Source of the DNA: an uncultured Thermomicrobiales bacterium
GTDB taxonomy: Bacteria; Chloroflexota; Chloroflexia; Thermomicrobiales; CFX8
DNA: 63,333 nucleotides
Direction of reading: 5' to 3'
Assembly (NCBI GenBank): GCA_964577155.1
Contig: CAZNYB010000010.1
Span: 1-63,333 of the forward strand
In this document: piece by piece, positions 49,419 to 60,529 of the stretch
Numbering within the stretch: position 1 is the first letter of the stretch
Layout of the letters: the number at the start of each line of letters is the position of its first letter
Translations under genes and position numbers: made by a program
The notes under the pieces: generated by a model
The model's input: the letters and a program-made list of their open reading frames with translations, nothing else
Databases searched by the model: none
Told to the model about the DNA's origin: nothing

Positions 49419-51383
49419 ATGTCCGAACATTCAGGACTCGATGATCTTCGAGAACAAGTTTTGGCCGGGAGCCTGAGCCGACGTTCAGTTCTCAAGCGTG
49501 GAATTGCGCTCGGTCTTAGCGCACCGGTGATTGCCGCTCTGCTGGCTGCCTGTGGCGGTGACGATGATGATGACGACGCTACCTCGACTGAAGACGATGG
49601 AAGTGGCCAGGAAGCTACCGAAGTAGCCACGGAAGCTGAAGGCGACGCCACGGAAATGGCGACCGAGGCTGAAGGCGACGCCACGGAAATGGCGACTGAG
49701 GCTGAAGGCGACGCCACTGAAGAAATGAGCGAAGGCGGAATGGGTCGCGGCGCAGGCGATCAGATCCGCATCCTTTACTGGCAGGCGCCGACCATTCTCA
49801 ACCCACACTTCGCGCAGGGCGACAAGGACTCGAGCGCGGCAGCGCCAGTCATCGAACCGTTGCTCCAGACCGACAAAGACGGTGTTTTGATTCCAGCCCT
49901 GGCGGCTGAAGTCCCAAGCCTGGAGAATGGCGGCGTCGCTGCGGATGGTATGAGCGTTACTTACACCTTGAAGGAAGGCGTAGTCTGGTCGGATGGCGAA
50001 CCATTCACCGCCGAAGACGTGCGCTTCACCTGGGAATACATTGTTGATCCAGATTCCAGCACTACATCAATCGCAACCTACTTGCCGATTGAGGATGTTG
50101 AAGTCGTCGATGATCTTACGGTGACCATTCACTTCACCGATCCAACCCCAGGTTGGTTTGCTCCATTCGTAACCGGTTACGGCGGAGGTGTTCTACCAAA
50201 ACACCTGCTCGAAAACGACATCGGCGCTACTGCTAGAGATTCTGAATTCAATCTGAATCCGGTCGGAACAGGTCCGTACATCGTTACCGACTTCAAACCC
50301 GGCGATGTAGTTACCTATGCGATCAACGAGAGCTATCGTGAGCCTGACAAGCCATACTTTAGCAGTGTTGAATTCAAGGGAGGCGGCGATGCCGTTTCCG
50401 CCGCACGGGCTGCCATCCTCACCGGAGAAGTTGATTACGCATGGAATCTCCAGGTTGAATCAGCTGTACTGACGGACATGGAAAGCCAGGCTGAGACCGG
50501 CCACGTCATTATTCTCCCACCTGTCAATGTCGAGCGGATCTTGATCAACTTTAGTGATCCAAACACCGAGGTCGACGGCCAGTTCTCTCACCTTGGCACA
50601 CCGCACCCGTTCCTCAGCGAGCTTGAGGTGCGGCAGGCGCTAACCTACCTTTGTGACCGTGACACGATTGCCAACGAACTCTACGGAAAAGCTGGAGAGC
50701 CGACATCGAACGTGCTCGTCGCGCCGACTCGTTTTGTTTCTCCGAACACAAGTTATGAATTCAATCCAGACAAGGCTGCTGAGATGCTCGATGCCGCTGG
50801 CTGGGTTGAAGATGGTGGACAACGTCAGAAAGACGGCGTCTTGATGGAGATGCTTTACCAGACCTCTACCAACTCGGTTCGGCAGAAGACGCAGGAGATC
50901 ATCAAGCAGGCTTCTGAGTCAATTGGCATACCGATCGAAATCAAAGCGATCGACGCCGGGGTCTTCTTCTCATCTGATGCCGGTAACCCTGATACATGGG
51001 CTCACTTCTACTCCGACATTCAGATGTTCACGAATGGACCGTCCAGCACCTATCCGATCGCGTACTGCTCCAACTACAAGTCGGATGACATTCCACTTGA
51101 CATCGCTCAGAAGGAAAACGACTGGTCTGGCAGCAACGCCTACCGATGGGTAAATGACGACTACAACGCCTTGTACCTGCAGGCGTTGACGGAGATGGAT
51201 CCGGACGCCCAGGTGCCTCTCTTCATCGGCATGAACGACATGATCGTCAACGAGGTCGTTGAGATCCCGTTGGTTCAGCGACCGGCTGTTTCAGCAATCA
51301 ACGACAAGCTGATGGGCAACGATGGTTCGCCATGGACGCCTGAGACCTTCGATATTGCTAACTGGTACTTCGAAGAAGAGTAA
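49419..51383 (+). CDS. Peptide ABC transporter substrate-binding lipoprotein (family 5), paralog 2
   Basis: SRRSVLK, LAAC, acidic repeat linker, LKEGVVWSDGEPFTAEDV.FT, PVGTGPY. Confidence 0.93.
   Translation: MSEHSGLDDLREQVLAGSLSRRSVLKRGIALGLSAPVIAALLAACGGDDDDDDATSTEDDGSGQEATEVATEAEGDATEMATEAEGDATEMATEAEGDATEEMSEGGMGRGAGDQIRILYWQAPTILNPHFAQGDKDSSAAAPVIEPLLQTDKDGVLIPALAAEVPSLENGGVAADGMSVTYTLKEGVVWSDGEPFTAEDVRFTWEYIVDPDSSTTSIATYLPIEDVEVVDDLTVTIHFTDPTPGWFAPFVTGYGGGVLPKHLLENDIGATARDSEFNLNPVGTGPYIVTDFKPGDVVTYAINESYREPDKPYFSSVEFKGGGDAVSAARAAILTGEVDYAWNLQVESAVLTDMESQAETGHVIILPPVNVERILINFSDPNTEVDGQFSHLGTPHPFLSELEVRQALTYLCDRDTIANELYGKAGEPTSNVLVAPTRFVSPNTSYEFNPDKAAEMLDAAGWVEDGGQRQKDGVLMEMLYQTSTNSVRQKTQEIIKQASESIGIPIEIKAIDAGVFFSSDAGNPDTWAHFYSDIQMFTNGPSSTYPIAYCSNYKSDDIPLDIAQKENDWSGSNAYRWVNDDYNALYLQALTEMDPDAQVPLFIGMNDMIVNEVVEIPLVQRPAVSAINDKLMGNDGSPWTPETFDIANWYFEEE
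49635..49717 (+). repeat. 33-bp in-frame tandem repeat (~2.5 copies) encoding AEGDATEMATE
   Basis: GCTGAAGGCGACGCCACGGAAATGGCGACYGAG at 49635 and 49668, partial copy at 49701. Confidence 0.9.
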
Positions 51384-51409
51384 ACAAAGCTGAATAACCT
51401 TCAGCTGGG

Positions 51410-51440
51410 CCGGGAGTGCAATTGCACTCCCGGTTTTTTT
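51410..51440 (+). terminator. Intrinsic terminator
   Basis: Perfect palindrome CCGGGAGTGCAATTGCACTCCCGG followed by T7. Confidence 0.88.
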
Positions 51441-51458
51441 ACCTCTTCGAGTTTAAAG

Positions 51459-52178
51459 TTAACCGAATGTCACCGGCTTGCGAAGGTCTGGATAACTTCG
51501 TTTACTGTGTGAAAGTCCCATCGAGATCAGCGATTCAGTTAGCCAGATTGCTGCTTTTCCCGGGTCGATCACGACCACTCCAGGGTATGAAGTGGAGATC
51601 GATGTTGCTACTTCATCGACCTGCGACGTCATTGCCATGCACCCAAAACAGAGAGCGTCAGCGCCTTCCTCGACTGCTACTCCGGCAGCGTTGGTTAACG
51701 CCTGAAATGCGGCATCGGTGCCAAAGTCAAGCACCGGAACGCCGGCTGAGTACACGCCAGTGCAACGTGTTTCCAGACCAAGCTCTCTGACTTGCCGTTT
51801 CGCCAGCTCGATGACCTGTGGCAGCTGGACGAGGAGTCCGAAACGTCGCGCCAGAGCAGCCGCCAGATAGATTGATGCCATGCCCGGTCCGATGACTGGA
51901 ATGGTAACCAGTTCTCGTGCAGCCTCGAGTGACGGATCATGTCCACCCCAAATGATGATTCCGTCTGCTCCGGAACGTTCACTCTCTATGCACCGCTGCA
52001 GGATTCCGGGCGCGGTAAGTTCCAGCTCAGTTTGCGATTCGACTGAAGCTGGTCCGTCAGGCGAAACAACCAGCTTGATTTCTGTGCCAGGTGAAGCGAG
52101 ACAACTGATCGAATTTTGCCGGTCCGCGAGTGCTTGCTGATCACGACCAGAGATAACAACGACGACATCGATTCTCAT
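51459..52178 (-). CDS. Asp/Glu/hydantoin racemase-family protein (single catalytic Cys)
   Basis: GPASVES, DPSLEAARELVTIPVIG, FGCMAM, PGVVVIDP, GLSHSKRSYP. Start MRIDV after AAGGAG. Confidence 0.85.
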   Translation of the reverse strand: MRIDVVVVISGRDQQALADRQNSISCLASPGTEIKLVVSPDGPASVESQTELELTAPGILQRCIESERSGADGIIIWGGHDPSLEAARELVTIPVIGPGMASIYLAAALARRFGLLVQLPQVIELAKRQVRELGLETRCTGVYSAGVPVLDFGTDAAFQALTNAAGVAVEEGADALCFGCMAMTSQVDEVATSISTSYPGVVVIDPGKAAIWLTESLISMGLSHSKRSYPDLRKPVTFG

Positions 52179-52343
52179 TTGGTCTCTCCTTCTCAATCAA
52201 TTCAATCTGCCCACCAGTGGCTGCGTTTAGAGCAATCTACTCGTTGTAAACGCGAATGGTCTATGATGCATCAAAGTGAACGCAGTCTTCCGGCTGTTGA
52301 ACGATCAAAGGATAGCCGGTTCTGAAAGAACGGGAGTTGCGAG

Positions 52344-53306
52344 ATGCGAGTGCTGATCTCGCCCAGAATGCAAAATATCTGGGTTGACATCACCGACGAA
52401 CAAATCACGGAGATGAAGGACGCCGGAGCGACTGAAATCATCGTAGTGACCAATCGGGAAGAAGAGATCGACGCCATCCGGTCTGCAGATGTCTTCGTTG
52501 GCGCGATCGACCCGGAATTGTTCGAACACGCCGGTCAACTCCAGTGGGTCTCATCAGTCTCGGCCGGAGTCGACGGATTCATCTTTCCGGAATTCGTCGA
52601 GAGCGACATCCTGCTAACCAGCCAGAAAGGGCTGGTAGGTGAACACCTGGCCGATCATGGGTTCGGTTTGTTATTAAGCCTGACACGGAGTATTGCCTGG
52701 GCGGCTCGTCAACGATCCTGGGAAAATCGACTTGAAATGCGCGAAGAAAATGTTGAGTTGACCGATTTGACGATGGGTATCGTCGGCTTAGGCGGTACCG
52801 GAATTGCCATGGCCGATCGAGCTGCTGCGTTCGGTATGTCCTGCCTGGCGGTAGATCCGGAGGAGGTTAAACCCCATCCCGCGGTGCGAGAAGTGTTTTC
52901 TCCAGATCAGATCGTCGAGATGGCAACGCAATCCAACGTTCTGGCGGTCTGTTGCCCGCGAACCCCGGAGACGATCGACCTGGTAGACCGGGATGTCCTG
53001 TTCGCCATGCCGCAGGGAAGTTACATCGTCAACGTTACCCGTGGCGGTGTCATCAATGAACCTGCGCTCATCGAGGCGATTGAATCAGGGCAGATCGCCG
53101 GGGCAGGGCTTGACGTTGCCAGTCAAGAACCACTTCCGGCGGATAGTCCGTTGTGGAGCTATGACAACATCGTCATTACTCCCCACACCGCCGGGGCAAG
53201 CCAGTATCGCGCCAGCCGGGCTCACCAGAGACTGTGCAGAAACATCTCCAACTTTGCCAGCGGCAAACCACTGGAAGGGTTGGTTGACAAGCACAAAGGT
53301 TATTAG
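52344..53306 (+). CDS. D-2-hydroxyacid dehydrogenase
   Basis: SAGVD, GIVGLGGTG, NVTRG, LDV..QEPLP, TPHTAG. Confidence 0.92.
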   Translation: MRVLISPRMQNIWVDITDEQITEMKDAGATEIIVVTNREEEIDAIRSADVFVGAIDPELFEHAGQLQWVSSVSAGVDGFIFPEFVESDILLTSQKGLVGEHLADHGFGLLLSLTRSIAWAARQRSWENRLEMREENVELTDLTMGIVGLGGTGIAMADRAAAFGMSCLAVDPEEVKPHPAVREVFSPDQIVEMATQSNVLAVCCPRTPETIDLVDRDVLFAMPQGSYIVNVTRGGVINEPALIEAIESGQIAGAGLDVASQEPLPADSPLWSYDNIVITPHTAGASQYRASRAHQRLCRNISNFASGKPLEGLVDKHKGY

Positions 53307-53948
53307 ATGGCTGATGGTAGTCATTTTCGAGACCAGGTTCTGGTGAAATACGGGTTCACCCGGGATGCCTCAGAACTCCTGAAATCCATCCCGCTGGAAA
53401 TAGATTCCCCGGAAACTGATCGTGGAGGCGGATTCTGGTATCCAAACCAACGGCGTATTTTCCTGTATGGCGCCCAGGATGAAGCTTGTTTGCACGAGCT
53501 TGCCCACGCCTGGGCGGATGAGTCCGGTTTCTACACCGAACCGCATCCAGAAGATCCGTCACGCAACGCCAGACACTATTTCCTCAGGGAAGATGTACGG
53601 CTTGGAGCAGATGAAACTGACGTCGCCTACCGGCGGGTCGCCTTTCTCTGCTGGGAATACACCTACGGCAACCCGATGACCGGGTTTGAAGGCATGAGAG
53701 AAGCCGACTGGGAACGGTTCGCCGGACTGGCGTCAGGTGTCATGGGTGATATCAGCTTGATGCCACCGTACATTCGCCGCTGGTATACAGATCTGTTCAC
53801 CGGAAATCCAATGATTCCGGGTCCTGCCGAATTACCTGGCTGGGCGCCGACGGACTGGAGACCGGGCATGTTGCCTCGCAGCGAGTTGACCCTTGGTGAG
53901 GTAGTCTGGGAACGACTGTATACCTTCTACAGGAGGTGGCGTGGTTAG
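53307..53948 (+). CDS. Hypothetical protein with zincin HExxH motif
   Basis: GGFWYP...LHELAHAW...WERFA; directly abuts the upstream gene. Confidence 0.65.
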   Translation: MADGSHFRDQVLVKYGFTRDASELLKSIPLEIDSPETDRGGGFWYPNQRRIFLYGAQDEACLHELAHAWADESGFYTEPHPEDPSRNARHYFLREDVRLGADETDVAYRRVAFLCWEYTYGNPMTGFEGMREADWERFAGLASGVMGDISLMPPYIRRWYTDLFTGNPMIPGPAELPGWAPTDWRPGMLPRSELTLGEVVWERLYTFYRRWRG

Positions 53949-53955
53949 GTTGGGC

Positions 53956-54467
53956 CTAGCTCGGGTAACGGTCGGCGGCATCTCCGAAAGCAGTACCCGA
54001 CACCGCTGGTCCGTAGGCATCCATCCATTCAGCAGCCTGCTGCTTTGACACGCGTATGAATCTTGCTTCTGCTTTCGCGATGATCGAGCCTGTGCGCTGG
54101 TTCTGAAGTTCAGCTTCCGCTTCGAAGACGCGTTTGCGTGCTTGTGTAACCCGGCCAATCACCCGCAATGGTTCACCGACCGATGCAGGATTGCGAAAAG
54201 TCACTGTCATTCGTGCAGTGACGCCAATGTCTCCCCGGTAGGTGATTGCCCAGCTCATTGCTTCGTCCAGAATAGTGGAGAGAATGCCGCCGTGGGTCAT
54301 GCCAAGGTAGCCTTCATACTCCCGGCCAGGTGTAAAGTCGGCCCAGATACTTTCATCTTCGAGCGGTCGAAATCGGAGCTTGAGGCCGATCGGGTTGAGA
54401 TTTCCGCATCCAAAGCAGTAGTGTTCTACCGTCGAGTCGTTGATGATCGGTTGGTCAAGATCGAATT

Positions 54468-54474
<7 letters not shown>
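53956..54474 (-). CDS. PaaI family thioesterase (hotdog fold)
   Basis: CFGCG..NPIGL, HGGILSTILDEAM. Confidence 0.9.
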
Positions 54475-55988
<1,514 letters not shown>

Positions 55989-56195
55989 AGTTTCCTGCCT
56001 GTTTGTCAGATTCTGAGGTCGAAAACATCAATGATGCCCAATGCTGAAGGAAATCTCCGAACAGTGCTGGTCCTCTAAGCCTACCAGTGATAGACATAGA
56101 TTTACGCTAGCCTTAGAGTACGTATGTTGTGGCTCTGGCGGACGTATTTTCTGTCACAATTAATCAGTTAACTTTTTTACAGGATCAGGTTGTTT

Positions 56196-56465
56196 ATGGA
56201 ACTTATGACAGACGAGGACCTGGACTATATCTATGTCTTGATCCCAAATCCTGACTCGGGTGAAAGGGATCTGATGACGGTGAGAGAGTGTACCGATCAG
56301 CAGTTTCGCTGGTGGATAACAGGCATGGGAAACCACTACGGCGTTCAAATGTTGCCATCGCTTGGAAGAATCGGCATGGAAACCCGGCTTGGCATGATCA
56401 ACCGGCTCATTCGAAACGGAGTCAAAATTCACAAGCTGGCGAAAGACAGGCAGCTTGAGGCCTGA
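56196..56465 (+). CDS. Small hypothetical protein
   Basis: 89-aa ORF with natural composition, divergent from pyk, filling an otherwise empty gap. Confidence 0.6.
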   Translation: MELMTDEDLDYIYVLIPNPDSGERDLMTVRECTDQQFRWWITGMGNHYGVQMLPSLGRIGMETRLGMINRLIRNGVKIHKLAKDRQLEA

Positions 56466-56624
56466 AGTTCGATGTGCGGGATGCTCAATATTTACCTACA
56501 TTTAATTCACCCAGCATAGGATTGAACGATAGTATCGCTTGCGATCTTTGCGATCGAAGCTGTCTTGCATAGTTAGCCAGGAAACAACCGTCAATTAGCA
56601 ATTGACCCTCATCAGGAGCCAATC

Positions 56625-58037
56625 GTGCGAATAGCATTACTTTTAGCGTTGAGCATGTTTTTTGTTACCGCCTGTTCAGCCGGATATACCAGTGTCGGAA
56701 CTCCAACGCCGCAGTCCGGCCAGATTGCCACTGCAACTCAGACTCCGAGTCAAGCTACCCCCGGTCCATCAGATTCAGTGTCTCCGACTTCGCCTACCGG
56801 AGAATCGACACCAACCCCGGAGATGACAGCGCCGCCAGCAACGCCAGTTCCACAATTGCCGACAACGCCACCGTCGACCCAAGGTCCTGACACCGACACA
56901 TTGCGGCAGGAGATCGAACAAATAGAGCGAGAGGTCGTGGAAATCCGGCAGCTCGATCTGCTGACCGATCTCGATGAGCAAATCATCTCTCGTGAACAGC
57001 TGCGAGACAACCTCGAAGTCTTGCTGGAAGAGGAGTACTCACGCGATCAGGCTGAGATCGACATTCTTTCCTACTGGCTACTACGCCTGGTCGATAATCC
57101 AGACCTCGATCTCTATCAGTTGCAGCTTGATCTTCTTTCTGAGCAAGTTGCCGGATACTATGATCCAGAAACAGACGAGCTTTATCTGATAAGCGACAAC
57201 CAGGAAATGTCCGCAAATGACAAGGTGACGATGGCACACGAAATCGTCCACGGTCTACAGGATCAACACTTTGACCTTGTGGCACTAGATGCCATGACTG
57301 AGAACGCAGACCAGTCGGCTGCGTTGACCGCCCTCATTGAAGGTGACGCAACGTTGTCCATGACGGATTACCTGTTCAGCTACCTCTCCGAAGAGGAGCT
57401 GCTGGAGATTCTGATGGAATCGGTAGATCCTTCATTTAGTACCGATGTTTTGGATAACGCACCCCGGTACATCAGCGATGGTCTGATTTTCAGCTACGAC
57501 AGCGGTCAGGTATTTGCGGACGCGCTCAACCGATCAAATGGCAAGATAGCCATCGATCAGGCATTTGCAGACCCGCCGCTCTCTACCGAACAGATCCTGC
57601 ATCCCGAAAAATATTTGAGTGAGAACAGAGACAACCCGATTGACGTCACCTTGCCAGATTTAACCGCCCGGTTGGGTTCCGACTGGGATCTCACCTACAG
57701 CGACACGCTGGGTGAGTGGGACTTCATGATCATGCTGGAAGAGAACAACGCTTCCAATGCGCGATCAGGGTACGAGGGCTGGGGAGGATCAAGATTTGAT
57801 CTTTATGAATCCGGAGATGAAGCGGTTGTCGTCCTCGAAACACGCTGGGATTCTGAGGAAGACGCACAGGAGTTTCTCGACGCATACCTTTCGACGATCT
57901 CTGGCGACGCAACCACCGATCAGGTGTACAGCATTGATGGGATGTTCGTTAGCGTGATAGCGGCTGGAGATAGCGTGTCGATCGTTAGCGGTACATCGGA
58001 GCAGACGGTAGCTGAAGTAGTTGGATTTCTCTCGTGA
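56625..58037 (+). CDS. Putative zinc-metalloprotease lipoprotein with P/T-rich linker
   Basis: Lipobox VTAC, VAGYYDP, AHEIVHGLQDQHF, LIEGDA, PPLSTEQILHP, GWGG; AGGAG RBS. Confidence 0.8.
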   Translation: MRIALLLALSMFFVTACSAGYTSVGTPTPQSGQIATATQTPSQATPGPSDSVSPTSPTGESTPTPEMTAPPATPVPQLPTTPPSTQGPDTDTLRQEIEQIEREVVEIRQLDLLTDLDEQIISREQLRDNLEVLLEEEYSRDQAEIDILSYWLLRLVDNPDLDLYQLQLDLLSEQVAGYYDPETDELYLISDNQEMSANDKVTMAHEIVHGLQDQHFDLVALDAMTENADQSAALTALIEGDATLSMTDYLFSYLSEEELLEILMESVDPSFSTDVLDNAPRYISDGLIFSYDSGQVFADALNRSNGKIAIDQAFADPPLSTEQILHPEKYLSENRDNPIDVTLPDLTARLGSDWDLTYSDTLGEWDFMIMLEENNASNARSGYEGWGGSRFDLYESGDEAVVVLETRWDSEEDAQEFLDAYLSTISGDATTDQVYSIDGMFVSVIAAGDSVSIVSGTSEQTVAEVVGFLS

Positions 58038-58263
58038 CTTTGCTTCTTGCTCCACAGAACCGCCTCAGGTAATTGACGGCGGGAGAGGATAAATAGTACC
58101 CTCACCGGCGGCGTAGCAGACGTGCACTCGGGGGCATCGTGAAGACTCGAAATTTGTTCTCGTCGGATCAATTCAGGCACAGGAGCGGTTGACGCTACCA
58201 ACCCGTGAGGTTGGCATACCCTGCATGCTTGTAGTTGCTGACATGAACGAATGAGAGTACGAA

Positions 58264-59490
58264 ATGTCCACACCTATTAACTGCACCAAAGCGGTGCTTG
58301 CCTACTCAGGCGGTCTTGATACCTCAATCATTATTCCCTGGTTGAAGACAAACTACCGATGCGAGGTGGTCGCTTTTTCAGCCGACGTCGGGCAAAACGA
58401 AGAACTTGACGGCCTGGAAGAAAAAGCGATCAGAAGCGGCGCATCGAAGCTGATCGTCCAGGACCTCAAGGAAGAGTTCTTAACCGGTTATGCATTCCCG
58501 ACTTTGCGTGCCGGCGCGCTCTACGAGCGAAAATACCTCCTGGGAACCAGTTTCGCGCGACCAGTTATCGCCAGCCACCAGGTCGCTGTCGCCAAAGCAG
58601 AAGGCGCGGACGCCCTGTCACACGGTTGTACCGGGAAGGGTAACGATCAGGTTCGATTCGAGCTGACGTATCAGGCACTAGCTCCGGAGATGGCGATCAT
58701 CGCGCCGTGGCGTGAGTGGAATATCACCTCACGTGAAGATGCGCTTGAGTACGCCGCTGAACATCTCATCCCGGTAACCGCGTCGAAGGAAAACATTTAT
58801 AGCCGGGACCGGAACCTCTGGCATTACTCCCATGAAGGTGGCCAGCTCGAAGATCCCTGGCTCAGCCCGCCTGACACGCTCTACGGAATTACAAGCCATA
58901 TCGAAGATGCGCCAGACACCCCGGTGGAGATTACCCTGACCTTTGCGGAAGGCTGGCCGGTTGCCATCGACGGACAGGAGCTCTCGCCAATCGAGCTGGT
59001 TGAGCATCTCAATAAGCTTGGCGGGATCCACGGAATCGGACGCATCGATCTGGTCGAAAACCGACTGGTCGGAATGAAAAGCCGCGGTATCTACGAGCAA
59101 CCTGCCGCGACGATCCTGTCGACTGCGCACAAAGAGCTTGAATCGCTGACGCTGGATCGCCAGACGTTGCATTACAAAGACCTGGTCGCACAAAGATATG
59201 CGGAGATCGTTTACGACGGTCTCTGGTTCACACCGCTGCGCGAAGCGCTCGATGCTTTTGTCGATGTCACACAGAAAACCAATAGTGGTGATGTTCGGCT
59301 GAAACTCTACAAAGGAAACTGCATCGTTACCGGCCGCAGATCTCCTCATTCGCTCTATTCGGAAGATATTGCGACCTTTGGCGCAAGTCAGCAGTACAAC
59401 CAGGCTGACGCCGAAGGGTTCATCAAACTGTTCGGACTCCCGCTCAAAGTGTCCGCGCTCAGCAAAGATAGCTCCGTGTTGAACGACTAG
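58264..59490 (+). CDS. argG: Argininosuccinate synthase
   Basis: [38 protein letters not shown]. Confidence 0.98.
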   Translation: MSTPINCTKAVLAYSGGLDTSIIIPWLKTNYRCEVVAFSADVGQNEELDGLEEKAIRSGASKLIVQDLKEEFLTGYAFPTLRAGALYERKYLLGTSFARPVIASHQVAVAKAEGADALSHGCTGKGNDQVRFELTYQALAPEMAIIAPWREWNITSREDALEYAAEHLIPVTASKENIYSRDRNLWHYSHEGGQLEDPWLSPPDTLYGITSHIEDAPDTPVEITLTFAEGWPVAIDGQELSPIELVEHLNKLGGIHGIGRIDLVENRLVGMKSRGIYEQPAATILSTAHKELESLTLDRQTLHYKDLVAQRYAEIVYDGLWFTPLREALDAFVDVTQKTNSGDVRLKLYKGNCIVTGRRSPHSLYSEDIATFGASQQYNQADAEGFIKLFGLPLKVSALSKDSSVLND

Positions 59491-60452
59491 TCTGGCAATC
59501 TGTAGCGTCGGTCAAGCAGATCAAGATCGTATGGGCGAGGAACTTCCTCGCCTATGCCCTTTTGCTGAATTAGACCGTCGTACCGGACCTCGAAGATCAA
59601 TCCATCAGAAAGCAGAGCATCCACATGGATGAGAATACGTTCCTGAGGTTCATTTTCCGGGAGAATACGCTCAGCCAACTCCCGTGCTGTAAGCCCGGCA
59701 TTCTCAGAAAGCAGTATTCGCACGATCTGACCACGGAAATACCGGCTGGTCGTCTCAAACTTTGGAGACACGGTATTGCTTTTCCGGGCAACTCTGTCAG
59801 CCAATGCAAGTTCGATATCCGGTCTCGCAGCACAATCTGCCTGCAGCGGGCAGCTTGTACAGTCCACCTGCCTGGACCTGCAAATCAGTGCGCCAAGTTC
59901 TATCAGCGACTGATTCCAGATATAGCCCTGGCGAGGAGGGACAAGTTCAACAGCTAGTTCTGCGATTTCCCGATTGTTCAATCGTTGTTCTGGGAAATCT
60001 GGCCCTTCGCTGACACGGTGCAAGACGCGCTTGATGTTGGTGTCTACGAATCCAACGTCCTGCTCGAATGCGAAACAGGCGATAGCGCCTGCTGTATACG
60101 GTCCAATTCCGGGAAGTGTTTGTAAAACATCTACCTGGCATGGAAATTTTCCGCTGTGTTCGTCAACGATGGTCCGGCAAGCCTGCTGGAGATTTAACGC
60201 CCTCCTGTTGTATCCCAGGCCAGACCAGGCCCGGAGAACTTCACTGGTCGGCGCATCAGCAAGCGCATCTATTGTTGGGAACCTTCCAAGAAAAGCGTTG
60301 TATTTTGGGATAACACGATCAACCTGCGTCTGCTGTAACATGACTTCTGAGACCAGGATCTTGTACGGATCCCGCGTCTTTCGCCATGGAAGGTCGCGGT
60401 GGTGTTCCGAGTACCACGACATCAGCTTTTTCTGTGCAGCTTTCGTGAACAT
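59487..60452 (-). CDS. mutY: A/G-specific adenine glycosylase (HhH-GPD, 4Fe-4S)
   Basis: [37 protein letters not shown]-x6-C-x2-C-x5-C. Confidence 0.93.
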   Translation of the reverse strand: MFTKAAQKKLMSWYSEHHRDLPWRKTRDPYKILVSEVMLQQTQVDRVIPKYNAFLGRFPTIDALADAPTSEVLRAWSGLGYNRRALNLQQACRTIVDEHSGKFPCQVDVLQTLPGIGPYTAGAIACFAFEQDVGFVDTNIKRVLHRVSEGPDFPEQRLNNREIAELAVELVPPRQGYIWNQSLIELGALICRSRQVDCTSCPLQADCAARPDIELALADRVARKSNTVSPKFETTSRYFRGQIVRILLSENAGLTARELAERILPENEPQERILIHVDALLSDGLIFEVRYDGLIQQKGIGEEVPRPYDLDLLDRRYRLPD

Positions 60453-60529
60453 GTTCTGCTTTCAAAATTCGTTGCGTATTCATTTCTAAGAACTTATGAT
60501 GCCTCTATTGTCAATGAAAGGCATTCTTG

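Noticed and set aside
49635-49717. 33-bp repeats as a CRISPR array
   Set aside because: Head-to-tail with no spacers, in frame within a CDS, and no cas genes.
58105-58215. argG leader as a known T-box, SAH, TPP, SRP or 6S RNA
   Set aside because: Diagnostic motifs are absent (no GGTGGNACC, GCTGAGA or GGAAGGAAG). Kept only as an unclassified candidate.
60447-60456. GAACATGTTC at the mutY start as an SOS box
   Set aside because: The spacer is 2 nt rather than 4, and the site is partly dictated by the start codon.
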